64,000 bases of DNA from Basidiobolus meristosporus CBS 931.73 (lineage: Eukaryota; Fungi; Basidiobolomycota). Below, in pieces: positions 61,752 to 64,000 of this stretch. The stretch spans positions 3,719-67,718 of the forward strand of contig MCFE01000485.1 of NCBI GenBank assembly GCA_002104905.1. Direction: 5' to 3'. The notes below the pieces were generated by a model. The model searched no databases, was not told the origin of the DNA, and saw only the letters and a program-made list of their open reading frames with translations. The position numbers and the translations under genes are program-made. Position 1 is the stretch's first letter. Every line of letters starts with the position of its first letter.

Positions 61752-62931
61752 TTTGCTTTGACCTGAGTTCAAAGCTGAGAGGGGGGTGGATGTAGTGGGG
61801 TCACAGTGACACCCACAGGCAGATGTGCTCATTCTTATGCGTTCACTTCCCTAAAAAGGATTACCCCGCCTATATTATTATCATCCCAAATTTGCAATAT
61901 TTCCTATTTTTGTCTATGTGATTATTACTATGCAACCTGACAAACTATTTGTCACTATTAACCCATTGCACAAGCTATTCTTATTCCTTACCGAGATGCC
62001 AAGATAAGATAGTTACCTTATAAGGCAAGTACCCCAACAGTGCCCATGTCACGTGACCATCTTGGTTTCATAATTCCCCCATCTCACTACCATAAGAGGC
62101 AACCACATGACGCAGCGGTTTCATGTTACCACTACCTGATTGGCTAGGTGCTACTATGTCTCATGGAACAATCCGCCAAGAATTTGCGCTATTTTTAGTA
62201 CACAAAGACATGATTGGTTGTCTACTACCTTCTGGAAACTTCCGGAAAGTATTTTCTAGCAAGAAATTGAGCAGCAAAAAAGTATATAAGGGAGGCTATC
62301 CCTTAAAATAAATCATCCCTCTTCTAATATTCCGACTTATTGATTAGTGAGATCACCGCTACCTATTACCACTATTTTCTGACTCAGACCTGACAACACT
62401 CCCAGGAAACCGCGCTGACAGCCAACTGACCTTGGAGGCACTACTTGTGAGGAATACTCAGAGTAGGTATATTTTATTATATTTGTTTGTTTTCCCAAGT
62501 TTGTTCTTGTACAGGCAAAGATACTTTTCAGTCTTTGTAACTATTGGTCAAAGCTGCATTCTTATCAAGTCCCTGTTGGTGGAGTTTACAGTTGTTTTGA
62601 CTTTGGAAACTTTAGTACATTGTCATCTCAAAGGACGTCGAAGCCATTATAAACTTTTGTTAAGACGCCAACTAAGTTGGGGATTGTAGTTCAATAGTTT
62701 TCCCTTGACAAGCTTGAGGCTTTATCCCCCATCACATTAGATTAGATAAAAGACCCAGTATTCCTAGCAAGCTTTTGCCAGAGGTTATCGCACCCAGTGA
62801 ACACCCCACACACATTCACACTTGAGAAGTGTTGGCCGTATTTTGCCCTTTGGACTTATACACCACCACACCGCAATGATTTTCAACTGCCTACTTGACT
62901 GAGAGCCTGAGGTGTTGTATTATTACCTTTA

Positions 62932-63684
62932 GTGGGCACTATAGACTTGTTCCGTTGGATAGTGCCACATTGAGCCATGAGTACCAAATGATGCCATAGT
63001 GTGCCAGAGAGGCCAATATAGCCTCCACCTGGCCACAGAGTGTGAAACATAGCTCTGCATCCTCATGCAAAGCAGCCCCTGTGTTTCACCCATTGTGTTG
63101 GAGAAAATCCATTTTTTGACCTTTTTTTTGGATCAATATTGTGCAGGATGTATTAGAGCACCAGCAGATTGAAGATATGCATCTGGTACTCAATACCCTT
63201 GGCACTCTGAATCTAGCTCCTGTAGCTTGTATCATGTCACAAAAATGAATGGCACTATCTTGGTCCACTGGTACTATCTGGCACTATATTTAAATATTAG
63301 CCCTAAAGTAAGATCTATACAAAGCACTTATAGTGCCAGATAGTACCAGTGGACCAAGATAGTGCCATTCATTTTTGTGACATGATACAAGCTACAGGAG
63401 CTAGATTCAGAGTGCCATGGGTATTGAGTACCAGATGCATATTGTCAGTTCTACTGTGCTCTTACACATCCTGAGCTACATTGATCCACAAAAAAAGGTC
63501 AAAAAATGGATTTTCTCCTGTGCAATGGGTGAAATACAGGGGCTGCTTTACATGAAGATGCAGAGCTATGTTTCACACTCTGTGGCCAAGTATAGGCTCA
63601 CTTGACCTCTCTGGCACACTATGGCATCATTTGGCACTCATGGCTCAATGTGGGACTATCCAACAGAACAAGTCTTATGTCCAC
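62932..63684. repeat. ~750-bp fold-back (long inverted repeat) element
   Basis: Inner arms 63175-63288 and 63329-63442 are reverse complements at 113/114 bases around a 40-bp spacer. The outer arms continue at roughly 75-90% identity. Confidence 0.92.
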
Positions 63685-64000
63685 AGGGCTTTTTTTGGTT
63701 GTAGCCCTGCATATTGTACTGAATATCAAAGCAAGCTGTTGTCCAACCATTCTTCTGCTGCTGTCAGCAGGGGGTTTAGTTGGGAACCAGATGATTATGC
63801 ATTATTTCTTGGCAGCATATACATCAAAGTGAGTCATACCAAAGGGAAAATGGTGTAATATGTATATGTGTAAGTGGTGCCACAACATTACTTGTAATGC
63901 TTACTATGACAGATCAACATTTCATCTTACATTCATGTAGGTGTAATGTTTCGATTGGAAAACTGTCTTGAATTCACATGAGTATTGACAAAAATACAAT

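Larger units (their letters stand above)
55679..62870 (+). mobile_element. Intact, very young Ty3/gypsy LTR retrotransposon
   Basis: LTRs 55679-56757 (1079 bp) and 61791-62870 (1080 bp) have TG...CA ends, and the only difference I saw is a 1-bp C-run indel. PBS 56762, PPT GAGAGGGGGGTGGA 61777-61790, single long ORF. TSD imperfect (CCGT/CCGC). Confidence 0.97.

Overview
Eukaryotic, almost certainly fungal, nuclear DNA. The short 61-76 nt GT-AG introns and the gene content suggest an early-diverging fungus, which is an inference. Two CpG-rich gene islands lie among decayed and nested retrotransposons. Island 1 (~20.8-25 kb) holds GOT1 (4 exons, minus) and, divergent from it, MTHFR/MET13 (2 exons, plus). 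Island 2 (~32.3-42 kb) holds an intronless 1010-aa P-class PPR protein with ~23 motifs, an orphan 169-aa ORF and a secreted RNase T2 (4 exons, minus). Most of the rest is one Ty1/copia family with ~349-bp LTRs and a half-tRNA-iMet PBS. It includes a nest in which a full-length copy (13935-18609, TSD AATTC) and a solo LTR sit inside an oppositely oriented complete copy (9851-~19492). Also present: two solo LTRs of a second family with perfect 5-bp TSDs, a 318-bp CCC...GGG insertion with an AGTT TSD, a probable LINE relic, a truncated Ty3/gypsy with a dUTPase-like spacer, and a very young intact Ty3/gypsy (55679-62870; 1617-aa single ORF; near-identical ~1.08-kb LTRs). A ~750-bp fold-back palindrome lies near the window end, and a second copy of its arm is at the window start. 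Old repeats show CpG-to-TpG/CpA decay. I found no rRNA, tRNA or CRISPR array. Boundaries marked ~ are approximate and all alignments and counts were done by eye.
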